DNA of 64,000 nucleotides, from NCBI GenBank assembly GCA_965216785.1, contig OZ244197.1, positions 1,312,001 to 1,376,000 on the forward strand. The letters run 5' to 3'. The notes under the pieces were generated by a model. It did no database searches. It was not told the origin of the DNA and was given only the letters and a program-made list of their open reading frames with translations. Source of the DNA: Thermodesulfobacteriota bacterium. Its GTDB lineage: Bacteria > Desulfobacterota_D > UBA1144 > Nemesobacterales > UBA2774. The first letter of the stretch is position 1. Each line of letters begins with the position of its first letter. Shown in pieces: positions 42,593 to 53,011 of this stretch. The position numbers were made by a program, and so were the translations under genes.

Positions 42593-45500
42593 TCACTTGA
42601 CTTTTTTTATGCTCCCGTCCAGCCCTACTATGATTTCACTTGCTCCGGCAGGTATATTGGATAAAGTGGTTTTCCCTCCGGGCCACATTATGCTTATCTG
42701 ACTGGGAGCTTCGGGGGTTCCCATAACCTGCACCGCCGAGTCCTGCGACCAGTAACCCGAGCCCGCGTGCACTTCCCTGGCAGGACCGTATCTCTCCCCG
42801 TATACAAGTCTTATTATAGCCCCTACCGCGTCCGGATTTTCCTCCGACCCAGAAAGCCTGACTCTCAGACCAGGCTTTGCTAGTTTGTTTCTGTAGAGCA
42901 CGGTTTGCGCCCCGTTCTGTGTAACCACCAGGTCCACTCTTCCGTCGTTGTCGAAATCACCCGAAGCCGATCCTCGCTGATCGCCGTATACTTTGATGCC
43001 GGATTTCTGTCCCGGGATCGGAACAAGGCCACCCTTACCGTCCCCCTTTAAAAGGAGCCCGCGTCCGGCGTCGATGCGCGGGGTTTCAATCTGCGAAGCG
43101 AAAAAGTTCTGAGTAATAAAAACGTCTTCATTCCCGTCCCCGTCGTAGTCCGCAGCACTCACACCGAAAGAAGGGGCAAACTGAGCTTCAACCGGTAAAG
43201 AGACTGCCTCGAATTTCTCGCTCATGTTGAAAAACACCATGTTGTCAAGGGTGGTTGCAGTGGCCACTCCTGAGTTTTTAATCTCTGACCCGTAGATATC
43301 CATTATGCCTGCTGAACCGTAGTCTTCATAAGTAGGCGTCTTAGTCTTTACAAAGGGCATAGCGTCTGACGAGCAGGACAGGCCGCGCTCGGGCACGAGC
43401 TCGGACATCGCTTCATCGTAGTGCGCTTCTACAATATCAAGCGTGCCGTCGTCATTGAAATCATCGTAGTAAACGTATAACGGATGCTCTTCGTCGAGAT
43501 GGTATTTATGGTTCCTACCCCAGTTAGTGGCAATTATGTCCATCCTTCCGTCCCCGTCCAGGTCTGTCGTTGTGACGCCGTTCCACCATCCTGTGTAGGC
43601 AGAGAGACCGAGCTCTGAAGTTGTATCCCTGAACGCACCCTTGTCGTTAACGAAAACGCTAAGTGGTCCCCACTCGGGTGCAAGCACTAAGTCTGGGTCT
43701 CCGTCTCCATCCAGATCGCTGAATACGGCGCCGCTTACCATGCCTAGTGATTTGAATGCGGCATTGTTACTTGAGTCGGGCTCGAACCCTGAGCCCGAGT
43801 TTCTGTATATTAACGATGAAGCTGGCTCTGGATATCTTCCGGGTATAGTGCGTCCCCCGACAAATAGGTCTAGGTCTCCGTCACTGTCTATATCCGCCAT
43901 GGCAACTGGGCCGGTTGCGGACTCCTGTGCAGGGAGCACCTCTTCTATGCTGAGAGCCCCTTCCCGTATACTGTATTTCATGGCCGAGGGAGCGGGACTT
44001 TCGGGATTCTCAAAATTGGAAATCCCGATGACCATCGAGGACGAGTCCCGAGCACCGCTCCAGGCTACAACCGATGTCTGGTCAAGCTTAGACACGTCTG
44101 TGCTGTCTCCCATATCAACTGGTGTAAAACTCCCTTGACCGTCGTTTATATATACGGCGAGATTACCGCCCTTTCCACTCGTAACAATGAGGTCTTGATC
44201 CCCGTCCCAGTCCAGATCATGCCACGCTGCTCCAGGCCCCAACTGGCTCAGTCTGTTGGGAAGGAGCGACTGCACAGCAAAATCATCGAACTCTTCCTCT
44301 TGGTGTGTATGATCGATTCGCTCGCTTACGTCCTCGAAGAGCGGCTCTGCTATCGGGGGCCCAGTCTGAAGTGCTTTTTCGGCATACTTTTCGTCTATTA
44401 TGTAAGTGTGATTAGGTTTGACATTATGAACTACGCTTTTTTTACCGTTCCGCCATGTGACTTCGATCGTCATCCCGTCTTGTGTGTCTCCAGGAGCAAA
44501 AGTGAGAACAGGGTCTGAGCCCGAAAGATATCTTCCGCCCGCAATCACTTCCTGGCTCTGCTCGACCGGGCCGCCGGTGAATCTTATCTCCGCTCCCACA
44601 CCCTGAGTGTTGGGCGGGAGGCCTCTTAAACGTACAGAGACTCTTGGGTCTGCGGAATTGTTCCTGTAAACGGAGGCCGGGCTCTCGAGGTTATTGAGCA
44701 CGAGATCCAGGTCGCCGTCGTTATCGAAGTCGGCGAGCGCTGCACCGTGGGATATACCTTTATAATCGAGCCCCCATTCTGCGCCTACTTCCTCGAAAGT
44801 TAGATCGCCCTTATTCCTGTAGGCCAAGTTCTCGGTTTCAAGCCTGGGGTAAAGCAGTAGTGTCTGCCGCTGCGCTTCTGCGTCTTGGAGCTTTAAAGAC
44901 TTTATATAGTTTAAAGTGTCTGAATCCTGAACGTCTCTTGCATGACCGTTAGATATAAACAGGTCTTCATAACCATCGAGGTCGATGTCGAAAAAGACCG
45001 TTGACCACGACCATTCGGAGCCCTGGAGGCCGCTCAGGTTGGCGATCTCTGCATATGTATCGTCACCCCTGTTAAGATAAAGCGTGTTACGCATAATCTG
45101 AGGGCGGTTGTCGATTTCTCCTATACTGGCAGGGGTAGGTTTCATGGTTCCCATCTGCATTTTTCTTAACTTGTGATCCCGGCTCAACATGTCAACGACG
45201 AAAAAGTCGTAGTCACCGTCACGGTCAATGTCAGAGAAGTCAATGCCCATCGATGTTGCGCTCGTATTTCTTAAAGCGAGCTTGTCTATAGCTCTAAAGC
45301 GGCCTCTGCCGTCGTTTATCCAAATACGGTCGGGACTCCAGAAATCATTGCACACGTAAATATCCGGGTCGCCGTCTTTGTCCATGTCCCGGAAAGTTAC
45401 GGATAGACCCCAATCGAGCGGAGGCCCTGTGAGTTTGCCGCCGTCCTCGTCTAAAAACGAGCCGTCAGTCCATGACAGAGGCTTAAAATTCCCCCTTCCG

Positions 45501-46300
45501 TCATTTATGTAGAGCTGGTCGGGTTCTCCGTATTCCTTTAACCTGCCGTCAGTGATTACGATCCTGTTTTTCAGTCTGTCGGGGACAGTGAGCTTGCCGT
45601 TAACCCTCTGAAGAGTGATCTCTCCCCCGTAATCCCTCAGAGTCTCCGTACGGTAGTTTGCGGCGTATAAGTCAAGGTCGCCGTCGCCCTCGATGTCGGC
45701 AAGCGCTAGGGAATAGGTTCCGTACCCGGTCTTAAGTCCAGAGGGCTCGGTAGTTTCTTCGAATTTCCCTCTGCCATCGTTGAGGAACAGTCTAATCCCG
45801 CTCCCAAGACCGCTTACCAGAAGGTCCTGGTCATAGTCACCGTCCACATCGGCGAGGGCAGCGCCTGTTGAGAATTGTTCCGCAAGGGCGATATCGGCCC
45901 CGGCTTCAGCAGTAATGTCTTTAAACTTCCAGTTTCCGACATTCTTATAAAGAACATTGGGACCGTCGAGCCGCGGGAAATAGATGTCGGTAAGGCCGTC
46001 GTTATCAATATCGCCTGCGGCGACTCCAGACCCATTGTTGCGGAGCTGGTTTGAGGCGGACTGAGCGTCACTCAGTATATTAGAGAATACAATACCTGTT
46101 TGCTCAGACGTAAGCGCAGTGAAGCCCGTTTTTCCTTTCGCTGGCACGACCAGGGGCCTTGATGCGAACCCCTTTTCAACTCTCCACCCGTTCTCTTCGG
46201 TAAAGAGGCCGGGCTCATCGCCGGTACATCCGGAAATAATCAATAACCCCGATAGTAATAACGAAATATATATTAAAGCTGATATACTTTTTGTATTCAT
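42593..46300 (-). CDS. CRTAC1/ASPIC-UnbV family lipoprotein with FG-GAP (VCBS) repeats
   Basis: Lipobox ISGC, many DxDxDGDxD repeats, two UnbV-like segments (GGRYLSG..IEVTW; GSGYWSQ..IMWP). Confidence 0.88.
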   Translation of the reverse strand: MNTKSISALIYISLLLSGLLIISGCTGDEPGLFTEENGWRVEKGFASRPLVVPAKGKTGFTALTSEQTGIVFSNILSDAQSASNQLRNNGSGVAAGDIDNDGLTDIYFPRLDGPNVLYKNVGNWKFKDITAEAGADIALAEQFSTGAALADVDGDYDQDLLVSGLGSGIRLFLNDGRGKFEETTEPSGLKTGYGTYSLALADIEGDGDLDLYAANYRTETLRDYGGEITLQRVNGKLTVPDRLKNRIVITDGRLKEYGEPDQLYINDGRGNFKPLSWTDGSFLDEDGGKLTGPPLDWGLSVTFRDMDKDGDPDIYVCNDFWSPDRIWINDGRGRFRAIDKLALRNTSATSMGIDFSDIDRDGDYDFFVVDMLSRDHKLRKMQMGTMKPTPASIGEIDNRPQIMRNTLYLNRGDDTYAEIANLSGLQGSEWSWSTVFFDIDLDGYEDLFISNGHARDVQDSDTLNYIKSLKLQDAEAQRQTLLLYPRLETENLAYRNKGDLTFEEVGAEWGLDYKGISHGAALADFDNDGDLDLVLNNLESPASVYRNNSADPRVSVRLRGLPPNTQGVGAEIRFTGGPVEQSQEVIAGGRYLSGSDPVLTFAPGDTQDGMTIEVTWRNGKKSVVHNVKPNHTYIIDEKYAEKALQTGPPIAEPLFEDVSERIDHTHQEEEFDDFAVQSLLPNRLSQLGPGAAWHDLDWDGDQDLIVTSGKGGNLAVYINDGQGSFTPVDMGDSTDVSKLDQTSVVAWSGARDSSSMVIGISNFENPESPAPSAMKYSIREGALSIEEVLPAQESATGPVAMADIDSDGDLDLFVGGRTIPGRYPEPASSLIYRNSGSGFEPDSSNNAAFKSLGMVSGAVFSDLDGDGDPDLVLAPEWGPLSVFVNDKGAFRDTTSELGLSAYTGWWNGVTTTDLDGDGRMDIIATNWGRNHKYHLDEEHPLYVYYDDFNDDGTLDIVEAHYDEAMSELVPERGLSCSSDAMPFVKTKTPTYEDYGSAGIMDIYGSEIKNSGVATATTLDNMVFFNMSEKFEAVSLPVEAQFAPSFGVSAADYDGDGNEDVFITQNFFASQIETPRIDAGRGLLLKGDGKGGLVPIPGQKSGIKVYGDQRGSASGDFDNDGRVDLVVTQNGAQTVLYRNKLAKPGLRVRLSGSEENPDAVGAIIRLVYGERYGPAREVHAGSGYWSQDSAVQVMGTPEAPSQISIMWPGGKTTLSNIPAGASEIIVGLDGSIKKVK

Positions 46301-46551
46301 TTAACCATACAGGAACCTAAAAACGACTTAACCGTTAGTTTTTTTAATAGTATACACTAGGCTTTAGTGCGGTGTGAATACGATATATCGCGGTTGTAAA
46401 TATTGTGAAAAAGTATGGTACTGGAGTGTATTACGGGGTGTGCCGGATACTTTTATTCTTTTTTTTGAACGGTTGTTTGCTTTTTTACCGGTTTTGTGAT
46501 ATTGTGAAAAAAGATTAGTATTTGTTAATATATACAAAAGAGGATGGGAAT

Positions 46552-47313
46552 ATGAAAAACTCAAGAACAGTGTATACAGCGTTATTCACGCTTTTAGTGT
46601 GTTTTCTGTTTGCGTTGCCAGGCTATGCTCAGGTAACGGAGACTTACTGTAGCACAGACGTGCCGGTTCAGATATTTGATAACACTACTGTAACGTCCGA
46701 TCTGAATGTGCCGGTTGCAGGAGAGATAGAGAATGTTATCGTAAAGCTGCAAATAGACCATACATGGATAAGCGACCTGGAAGTAGACCTGACATCTCCA
46801 CAATCAACTACTATTGATTTATTCACTGATATAGACGGATCTGGTGACGATTTTGGAACCACCTGTGTACCGATGCCTGATTTTATATTGGACGACGATG
46901 CAGTAACGCCGGTAACTTCATATACTGGCTTCTCGGGAGGTACGTTCTCACCTGAAGAGCCTTTAAGCACGTTTGCCGGGGAAGGGCAGTCTGGTCAATG
47001 GACTCTGTCGATATTTGACGATGCGGGCGGAGACGAAGGGTTTTTAAACTGCTGGTGTCTTCAGATTACGAGGGGTCAGACACAAGGGTGCTGTGTGATC
47101 GGCAACAGCGACTGTTTGGTAACTACAGAGGACGAATGCGCGGCAGAGGGTGGCTTATATGAGGGAGACGGCACTACCTGTGACGACGTACAGGCGTGCT
47201 TCATACGCCCTATACCGACTATGAGTGAGTGGGGAATGATGGCGTTTGCGGGAATATTGGGTGTTTCGGGATTAATATTCCTTATGTTACGCAGGCGAAG
47301 AGAAGCTGTTTAA
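46552..47313 (+). CDS. IPTL-CTERM protein with a proprotein-convertase P-domain and a Cys-rich GCC module
   Basis: IDHTWISDL..LTSP, GQWTL.I.D...D.G.LN.W.L, GCC..C..C..C..C, IPTMSEWG-TM-RRRR. Confidence 0.87.
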   Translation: MKNSRTVYTALFTLLVCFLFALPGYAQVTETYCSTDVPVQIFDNTTVTSDLNVPVAGEIENVIVKLQIDHTWISDLEVDLTSPQSTTIDLFTDIDGSGDDFGTTCVPMPDFILDDDAVTPVTSYTGFSGGTFSPEEPLSTFAGEGQSGQWTLSIFDDAGGDEGFLNCWCLQITRGQTQGCCVIGNSDCLVTTEDECAAEGGLYEGDGTTCDDVQACFIRPIPTMSEWGMMAFAGILGVSGLIFLMLRRRREAV

Positions 47314-47342
47314 TCAGAAAATACAAAAGCCATATAAATAAT

Positions 47343-47369
47343 AAAAAGGGAGCTTCGGCTCCCTTTTTT
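47343..47369 (+). terminator. Terminator (IPTL family hairpin)
   Basis: aaaaagggagcttcggctccctttttt. Confidence 0.85.
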
Positions 47370-47414
47370 GTTTCCACATGTACGCTAGATATTAAAGGGT
47401 GGAGTAGAAGGAAA

Positions 47415-47504
47415 GACTCGTTCCTTATCCTTAAGCCCTCAAAAGAGAGGGACAGCATGAACCTGCCCCTTAAATGCAAAAACTGGTTAAAGCATCATCT
47501 CTAA
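47415..47504 (+). pseudogene. Duplicate of the last 30 codons of the 42261-42527 gene
   Basis: 77/90 nt identical to 42438-42527, gap-free, ending at the same TAA. Confidence 0.85.
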
Positions 47505-47538
47505 TTATCCTGTTATACCAGGGTGTTATAGCGCTTAA

Positions 47539-47567
47539 TTGTCAGAATTAAGATCAGGTGCTATTAT
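47539..47567 (+). promoter_or_regulatory. Sigma70 promoter of ald (probably leaderless)
   Basis: TTGTCA-17-TATTAT, 7 nt, then ATG 47575; no SD. Confidence 0.6.
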
Positions 47568-47574
47568 CATTATT

Positions 47575-48630
47575 ATGATCATAGGTGTCCCCAAAGAAAG
47601 AAAAGTACAGGAATATAGGGTTGCGCTTACACCCCAGGCGGTACGGGTACTGACCGAGCACGGTCACAAAGTTTTTGTCGAAAAAGGCGCGGGGCTCGGC
47701 AGCGGAATTTCAGATCGGGACTTCAAAAAAGCGGGCGCTCAGATTGCGTCCTCAGAAAAAGCGCTATTTCAGAAATCTGAGCTGATCGTAAAAGTTAAAG
47801 AGCCTCTTCCCGAAGAGTATCCCCTGATTAAAGAGCACCATATTATTTTCAGCTATCTTCATCTAGCTGCAGTGCCGAAGCTAGTGACAGCTCTTAAGAA
47901 AAGTAAATGCCGGGCGATGGCATTTGAAACTGTGGAGCTTCCGGACGGCTCTCTCCCGCTCCTTAGTCCCATGAGCCGTGTTGCCGGTAGGCTTTCGGTT
48001 CAGGTGGGAGTACACTTCCTTCAGAAGTCAAAGGGTGGTAAGGGAGTGCTGCTGAGCGGCGCCGGGGGAGTCAGGACGGGGCGTGTAACCGTCATTGGAG
48101 GCGGCACAGTGGGTTTCAACGCCGTTCTCTCCGCGCTCGGGCTGGGGGCCGAAGTGACCGTGATTGATATTGATCAAAGGAAACTGGAGTTCTTTTACGA
48201 GCATTTTGAGGGCCGCGTTAAAACACGCCCATCATACCCTGAGGTTATTGAAGAGGAAATGCAAAGATCGGACCTGGTCGTGGGGGCTGTACTGGTAACC
48301 GGGTTAAAGGCTCCAAAGGTTGTAACTAAAAAGATGATCTCTCAGATGGAAGAGGGCAGCGTGTTCGCTGACGTCGCGATTGATCAGGGCGGGTGCTCAG
48401 AGACAAGCAGACCCACTACGCACGACGCTCCGGTTTATAAGCAAAACGGCGTAATCCACTACTGTGTTACCAACATGCCCTCCCTGGTTTCAAAAACCTC
48501 GACATACTCACTGTCAAATACAATCCTCCCATATGTCATGAAAGTTGCCCGTGGCGATACCGATGGAGACGAATCTCTTAAGAAGGGTATAAACGTAGAT
48601 AAGGGCAAACTGCTTATAAAGTTAGTATAA
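47575..48630 (+). CDS. ald: Alanine dehydrogenase
   Basis: [45 protein letters not shown]. Confidence 0.94.
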   Translation: MIIGVPKERKVQEYRVALTPQAVRVLTEHGHKVFVEKGAGLGSGISDRDFKKAGAQIASSEKALFQKSELIVKVKEPLPEEYPLIKEHHIIFSYLHLAAVPKLVTALKKSKCRAMAFETVELPDGSLPLLSPMSRVAGRLSVQVGVHFLQKSKGGKGVLLSGAGGVRTGRVTVIGGGTVGFNAVLSALGLGAEVTVIDIDQRKLEFFYEHFEGRVKTRPSYPEVIEEEMQRSDLVVGAVLVTGLKAPKVVTKKMISQMEEGSVFADVAIDQGGCSETSRPTTHDAPVYKQNGVIHYCVTNMPSLVSKTSTYSLSNTILPYVMKVARGDTDGDESLKKGINVDKGKLLIKLV

Positions 48631-48799
48631 AACTCATAACTCAATCTTGCAACAAAATTACGGCAGGTGGTGGTGTATTTTGTTGCAGGTGACAATATTT
48701 GTTTTTGACTATGCAATCTTTGCGCGGATAAAATCGTTGATCAGTACAAATGGTCTCTCTAAGTTATTGCAATTATTGCATATTGTGCTCTGCTCTACG

Positions 48800-48815
48800 T
48801 GGCATAAACATTGCA
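48800..48815 (+). promoter_or_regulatory. Sigma54 promoter of the S8 protease gene
   Basis: TGGCATAAACATTGCA = GG-N10-GC; inverted repeat ttgcaacaaaat...attttgttgca at about 48647-48687. Confidence 0.7.
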
Positions 48816-48933
48816 CCTAATTACTTGCTGGGTAGTATGATAACTAAAAAATTTATGTGGATATCACATAAAATTTTGATTATTGTTATTTGAGGTTGGA
48901 TAAAACATACCAAAAGATTCGGAGGATGCACAG

Positions 48934-51798
48934 ATGTTCAGAGCGTTTATACCAACTAGAAATTATTTAATACCTCTTGCACTTATTCTGATCATAGCCT
49001 TAGGCTTTCAGTTCTCCTATGCGCAGAATGAGGAGTCCCTAGATGGAGAATTCATTGACGGAGAACTCGTAGTCAAGGTTCTTCCCGGTGCGGACACAGA
49101 AGCTCTTGAGCAGGATCTACAAGCCGATGGCAATACTATAGTTGAGACAATTCCTGATCTAGGCGTGATTGTGGTTGAGGTTCCTCTGAATGTTCCCGTA
49201 AGCTCGGCTGAGGCCGTGATTGCGGAGGACCCTGACGTTGAATACGTCGAGAAAAACTTTATCGTGCACGCCGATGTAACCCCCAACGATTCCGGATACA
49301 GCCTGCAGTCAAGTTACTTCAATGTAGTAGACGCCCCTCAAGCCTGGGATAACATGACTGGGGATGCTGACGTGGTCATAGCGGTCCTTGATACTGGCGT
49401 TAGAAGCACTCATCAGGATATAGGGAAGCTGGTTCCGGGGTGCAATACGCTCGGCAGTTTTACAGAGAATAGCTGCGGAAGCAACACGGGCGATGTCCAC
49501 GGCCACGGCACTGGTGTTGCGGGTACCGCAGCCGCGCTTTCGAACAACGGAACGGGCGCTGCCGGTATGTGCTGGGGCTGCTCTGTTATGCCCGTGAAAG
49601 TGCTTGGTGACAACGGCTCCGGACCGACAACGGACGTGGTGCAGGGCATAATGTACGCCACTAATTACGCAATAAATAATCCGACTAAAAGAGTCATCAT
49701 AAATATGAGTCTCGGGCGCAGCTGCACGAGCATTTCATCTTTAGAGCAGGATGCTATCGACTTTGCGTGGAATAATAACGTACTCGTCATAACCTCGGCT
49801 GGTAACTCCGGGAACGATAACACGCAGTGTCCTGCGAGCGCCGCTAACGCTATAGCGGTGTCAGCGACTACAACGAGCGACACGCTAGCCAGTTTTTCTA
49901 GCTTCGGCAACTTTGTAGACCTGGCGGCTCCGGGTGTGAGCATCTATAACGCCAGAGGTACAGGGAACTCCGCATATACATTTTGGTCGGGAACATCGTT
50001 CTCATCACCGAATGTAGCGGGTGTAGCAGGGCTTATTTGGTCCGCGAACCCTAGCCTTACAAACGCTCAGGTCGATCAGATTCTTAGAAATACCGCGGAT
50101 AATATAGGCAGCTCTTATTTCTTTGGGGACGGCAGAGTGAACGCCGATAAGGCTGTAGATGAAGCGCTTGGCGGGGGACCACCACCAACTCCTCCACCGG
50201 GCGGGGGCGCGGTACTAGCTCAGTTAGACCCTGGTGCTACAGGTGGTAATACGATTCAGGTAACGGGAGCTCCTCCAGGGGCTACAGTGAAGTTTAAATA
50301 CTCGTTTAATAACGGCACAAAAGTAATTCCGGGCTCGGTATGCGCGGGTGAAACACTTAATCTAAGCCAGCCTAAAACGCTGGGCAACACTACCGCGGAC
50401 TCAGAGGGGAACGCGACGCTGAACGTCAACCTGGACAGCAGTTTCTCAGGAAAGACCATGCACATTCAAGCGCGTGTGGAAACGGACGTGTGCGATATTA
50501 CGAATAAAGTAGTACAGGCTATAAGTGGATCTCCACCGCCACCACCACCACCTCCTCCTCCGCCTCCACCTCCACCTCCTCCTCCACCTCCACCTCCACC
50601 ACCACCACCGCCTCCTCCTCCCGGAGGTGAAGCAGTGCTCGGCGGATTAGATCCGGGCTCTGTAGGCGGTAACGCAATCACCGTGACGGGAGCTCCTCCA
50701 GGGGCTACAGTGAAGTTTAAGTACTCGTTTAATGACGGCATAAAAGTAATCCCGGGCTCGGTATGCGCGGGTGAAACACTTAATCTAAGCCAGCCTAAAA
50801 CGCTGGGCAACACTACCGCGGACTCAGAGGGGAACGCGACGCTGAACGTCAACCTGGACAGCAGTTTCTCAGGAAAGACCATGCACATTCAAGCGCGTGT
50901 GGAAACGGATGTGTGCGATATTACGAATAAAGTAGTACAGGCTATAAGTGGATCTCCACCACCACCACCTCCTCCTCCGCCTCCTCCTCCGCCACCACCA
51001 CCACCTCCCCCTTCCGGAGGTGAAGCAGTGCTCGGCGGATTAGATCCGGGCTCTGTAGGCGGTAACGCAATCACCGTGACGGGAGCGCCTCCAGGGGCTA
51101 CAGTGAAGTTTAAGTACTCGTTTTTTAACGGTACAAAAGTAATTCCGGGCTCGGTATGCGCTGGTGAAACACTTAATCTAAGCCAGCCTAAAACGCTGGG
51201 CAACACTACCGCGGACTCAGAGGGGAACGCGACGCTGAACGTCAACCTGGACAGCAGTTTCTCAGGAAAGACCATGCACATTCAAGCGCGTGTGGAAACG
51301 GACGTGTGCGATATTACGAATAAAGTCGTGCAGGTTATAAACGAATCGGGCGGGTCACCACCTCCGCCACTTGATATTCAAACTCAGGTGCTCGATCTTG
51401 TAAATCAGGCCAGGTCCCAGCCCAGAAACTGTGGCAGCACATTTTTCCCCGCTGTTTCTCCTGTCAGCTGGGATGACCGGGTAGAAAGCGCAGCCATCGT
51501 ACACTCGCAAGATATGGCTCAAAATGAGTTTTTAGACCATACAGGCTCTAACGGCTCAAGTGCTGGTGACAGACTTCTTGACCAGGGTTATGACTGGAAT
51601 GCCTGGGGCGAAAATATACTGGTCGGTTCGGATGATGCAGCCGGCGCGATTAATGGTTGGCTAAATTCCCCAGATCACTGCAGCGCCATTATGGATCCGG
51701 TATATCAAGATATAGGAGCGGGTGCCGCCGAGGGAGTATATAATGGTGTAGCAGCTACATACTGGACGCTAGTTTTCGGATCTAACGGAGGCTCTTAA
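48934..51798 (+). CDS. S8 subtilisin-like protease with three repeated beta domains, polyproline linkers and a C-terminal CAP (SCP) domain
   Basis: Triad VLDTG / HGHGT / GTSFSSP; CAP motifs N..R, HSQDM, GENI, WLNSPDHC. Confidence 0.9.
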   Translation: MFRAFIPTRNYLIPLALILIIALGFQFSYAQNEESLDGEFIDGELVVKVLPGADTEALEQDLQADGNTIVETIPDLGVIVVEVPLNVPVSSAEAVIAEDPDVEYVEKNFIVHADVTPNDSGYSLQSSYFNVVDAPQAWDNMTGDADVVIAVLDTGVRSTHQDIGKLVPGCNTLGSFTENSCGSNTGDVHGHGTGVAGTAAALSNNGTGAAGMCWGCSVMPVKVLGDNGSGPTTDVVQGIMYATNYAINNPTKRVIINMSLGRSCTSISSLEQDAIDFAWNNNVLVITSAGNSGNDNTQCPASAANAIAVSATTTSDTLASFSSFGNFVDLAAPGVSIYNARGTGNSAYTFWSGTSFSSPNVAGVAGLIWSANPSLTNAQVDQILRNTADNIGSSYFFGDGRVNADKAVDEALGGGPPPTPPPGGGAVLAQLDPGATGGNTIQVTGAPPGATVKFKYSFNNGTKVIPGSVCAGETLNLSQPKTLGNTTADSEGNATLNVNLDSSFSGKTMHIQARVETDVCDITNKVVQAISGSPPPPPPPPPPPPPPPPPPPPPPPPPPPPPPGGEAVLGGLDPGSVGGNAITVTGAPPGATVKFKYSFNDGIKVIPGSVCAGETLNLSQPKTLGNTTADSEGNATLNVNLDSSFSGKTMHIQARVETDVCDITNKVVQAISGSPPPPPPPPPPPPPPPPPPPSGGEAVLGGLDPGSVGGNAITVTGAPPGATVKFKYSFFNGTKVIPGSVCAGETLNLSQPKTLGNTTADSEGNATLNVNLDSSFSGKTMHIQARVETDVCDITNKVVQVINESGGSPPPPLDIQTQVLDLVNQARSQPRNCGSTFFPAVSPVSWDDRVESAAIVHSQDMAQNEFLDHTGSNGSSAGDRLLDQGYDWNAWGENILVGSDDAAGAINGWLNSPDHCSAIMDPVYQDIGAGAAEGVYNGVAATYWTLVFGSNGGS
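50209..51335 (+). repeat. Three near-identical ~105-codon tandem domains separated by Pro30 and Pro19
   Basis: Repeat periods 423 and 393 nt; Pro codon runs 50533-50622 and 50956-51012. Confidence 0.92.
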
Positions 51799-51914
51799 TC
51801 TGTAAAGAATACAGGAGTGTTTTTGGAATCCGATCTATGTGATAATAAGAATAAAGTCGTGCAGTTTATTCTATGATATTAAAGTAAGCTAGAGTTTTGA
51901 GTACTTTAAATGAG

Positions 51915-51954
51915 AGGCGCCCCATGTGAATATAGCCATGGGGCGCTTTTTTTA
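51915..51954 (+). terminator. Intrinsic terminator
   Basis: gcgccccatg...catggggcgc followed by T7. Confidence 0.8.
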
Positions 51955-52009
51955 TGTCCAAGGATATCCTTAATATAGGAGTGGCTGTTAAGCGTAGGGC
52001 CGTAATTAC

Positions 52010-52039
52010 TTGACACTTATATTTTTATCCAAATACTAT
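52010..52039 (+). promoter_or_regulatory. Sigma70 promoter of bamD (probably leaderless)
   Basis: TTGACA-18-TACTAT, 7 nt, then ATG 52047; no SD. Confidence 0.6.
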
Positions 52040-52046
52040 AGACTTC

Positions 52047-53009
52047 ATGAATAGAGTGATTGCTGAGAATAAGTTGTTTGTAATTTTATTCCTTACGTTT
52101 TCTATGCTGTTTGTTATAAGCTGCGGTTCGAAAACTACTCCTAAAGATATGAATGACGAGCAGCTCTACGAGGCTGCCGTAGAAGAGCTTCAGGGAAAGG
52201 GTGGGGGATTCCCGTGGATATTCGGGGGAAAGGACTACGATACTATTTTGAAGCTGCTTAAGGAAGTACAGCTACGCTATACATATAGCCCCTACGCGAC
52301 CCTCGCGGAGCTCAGAACAGCGGATACGTATTTTGATAGGGGAGAGTATGAGACGGCAGCGATTGAGTACGAAGAATTCTTAAAGCGCCACCCCGGCCAT
52401 AAGGAGGCCCCCTATGCAACATACAGGCTTGGCCTCTCCTTTTATAAAGAGATAAGAAGCCCAGACAGAGACCCTACGTTTACAAGACAATCGCTTAAGT
52501 GGTTTACAATATTTGTAGAAGAATACCCCGGCTCTCCGCTAGTTCCGGACGCGGAGCAGAGGATCCAGAAGTGCCGTGACCGTCTTGCCAAGAGGGAGAT
52601 TCTGATTGGTAATTTCTACAATAAACGCAAGAACTATAAAGCCGCGGCCAGCCGCTACAGTGTCGTGGTCGAGGAATACCCAGACAGCAATAAGTTCGAG
52701 GAGGCTCTTTACCTACTGGGAAGGGCCTATGCAAAGGCAGACCAGTACGAGCTCGCAGAGGCTACACTGAACACTCTTGTAGAACAGTATCCGGACGATA
52801 AGTACTCGGGGAAAGCCTCTTCGCTTCTAAACGATATACAGGGCAAGTCCGCTCTACCACCCGATGTAGAGGTTGAAACGGTTGAACAGATCGACGAGGT
52901 TCAAGAGATAGAGACTATTGAAGGCGCTGACGGGACCCCGGAAGTCGAAGAGATAGACGAGATCGAAGAGGTTCAAGAGGAAGAAGTAATAGAGGAAGTA
53001 CCTCAGTAA
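52047..53009 (+). CDS. bamD: Outer membrane protein assembly factor BamD with an acidic C-terminal tail
   Basis: Lipobox VISC, TPR repeats, RHPGH..APYA.Y, DRDP, LAKREILIGNFY. Confidence 0.88.
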   Translation: MNRVIAENKLFVILFLTFSMLFVISCGSKTTPKDMNDEQLYEAAVEELQGKGGGFPWIFGGKDYDTILKLLKEVQLRYTYSPYATLAELRTADTYFDRGEYETAAIEYEEFLKRHPGHKEAPYATYRLGLSFYKEIRSPDRDPTFTRQSLKWFTIFVEEYPGSPLVPDAEQRIQKCRDRLAKREILIGNFYNKRKNYKAAASRYSVVVEEYPDSNKFEEALYLLGRAYAKADQYELAEATLNTLVEQYPDDKYSGKASSLLNDIQGKSALPPDVEVETVEQIDEVQEIETIEGADGTPEVEEIDEIEEVQEEEVIEEVPQ

Positions 53010-53011
53010 GT

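Noticed and set aside
47229-47504. 91 aa ORF spanning the IPTL gene end
   Set aside because: Crosses a terminator; only its last 30 codons are meaningful, as the duplicated gene fragment
48850-48874. TTTATGTG-gatat-CACATAAA palindrome as a CRP/FNR site
   Set aside because: Spacing does not fit TGTGA-N6-TCACA; may be another operator but cannot be assigned
50256-51281. Minus-strand poly-Gly ORFs
   Set aside because: Antisense shadows of the polyproline and repeat region of the S8 protease
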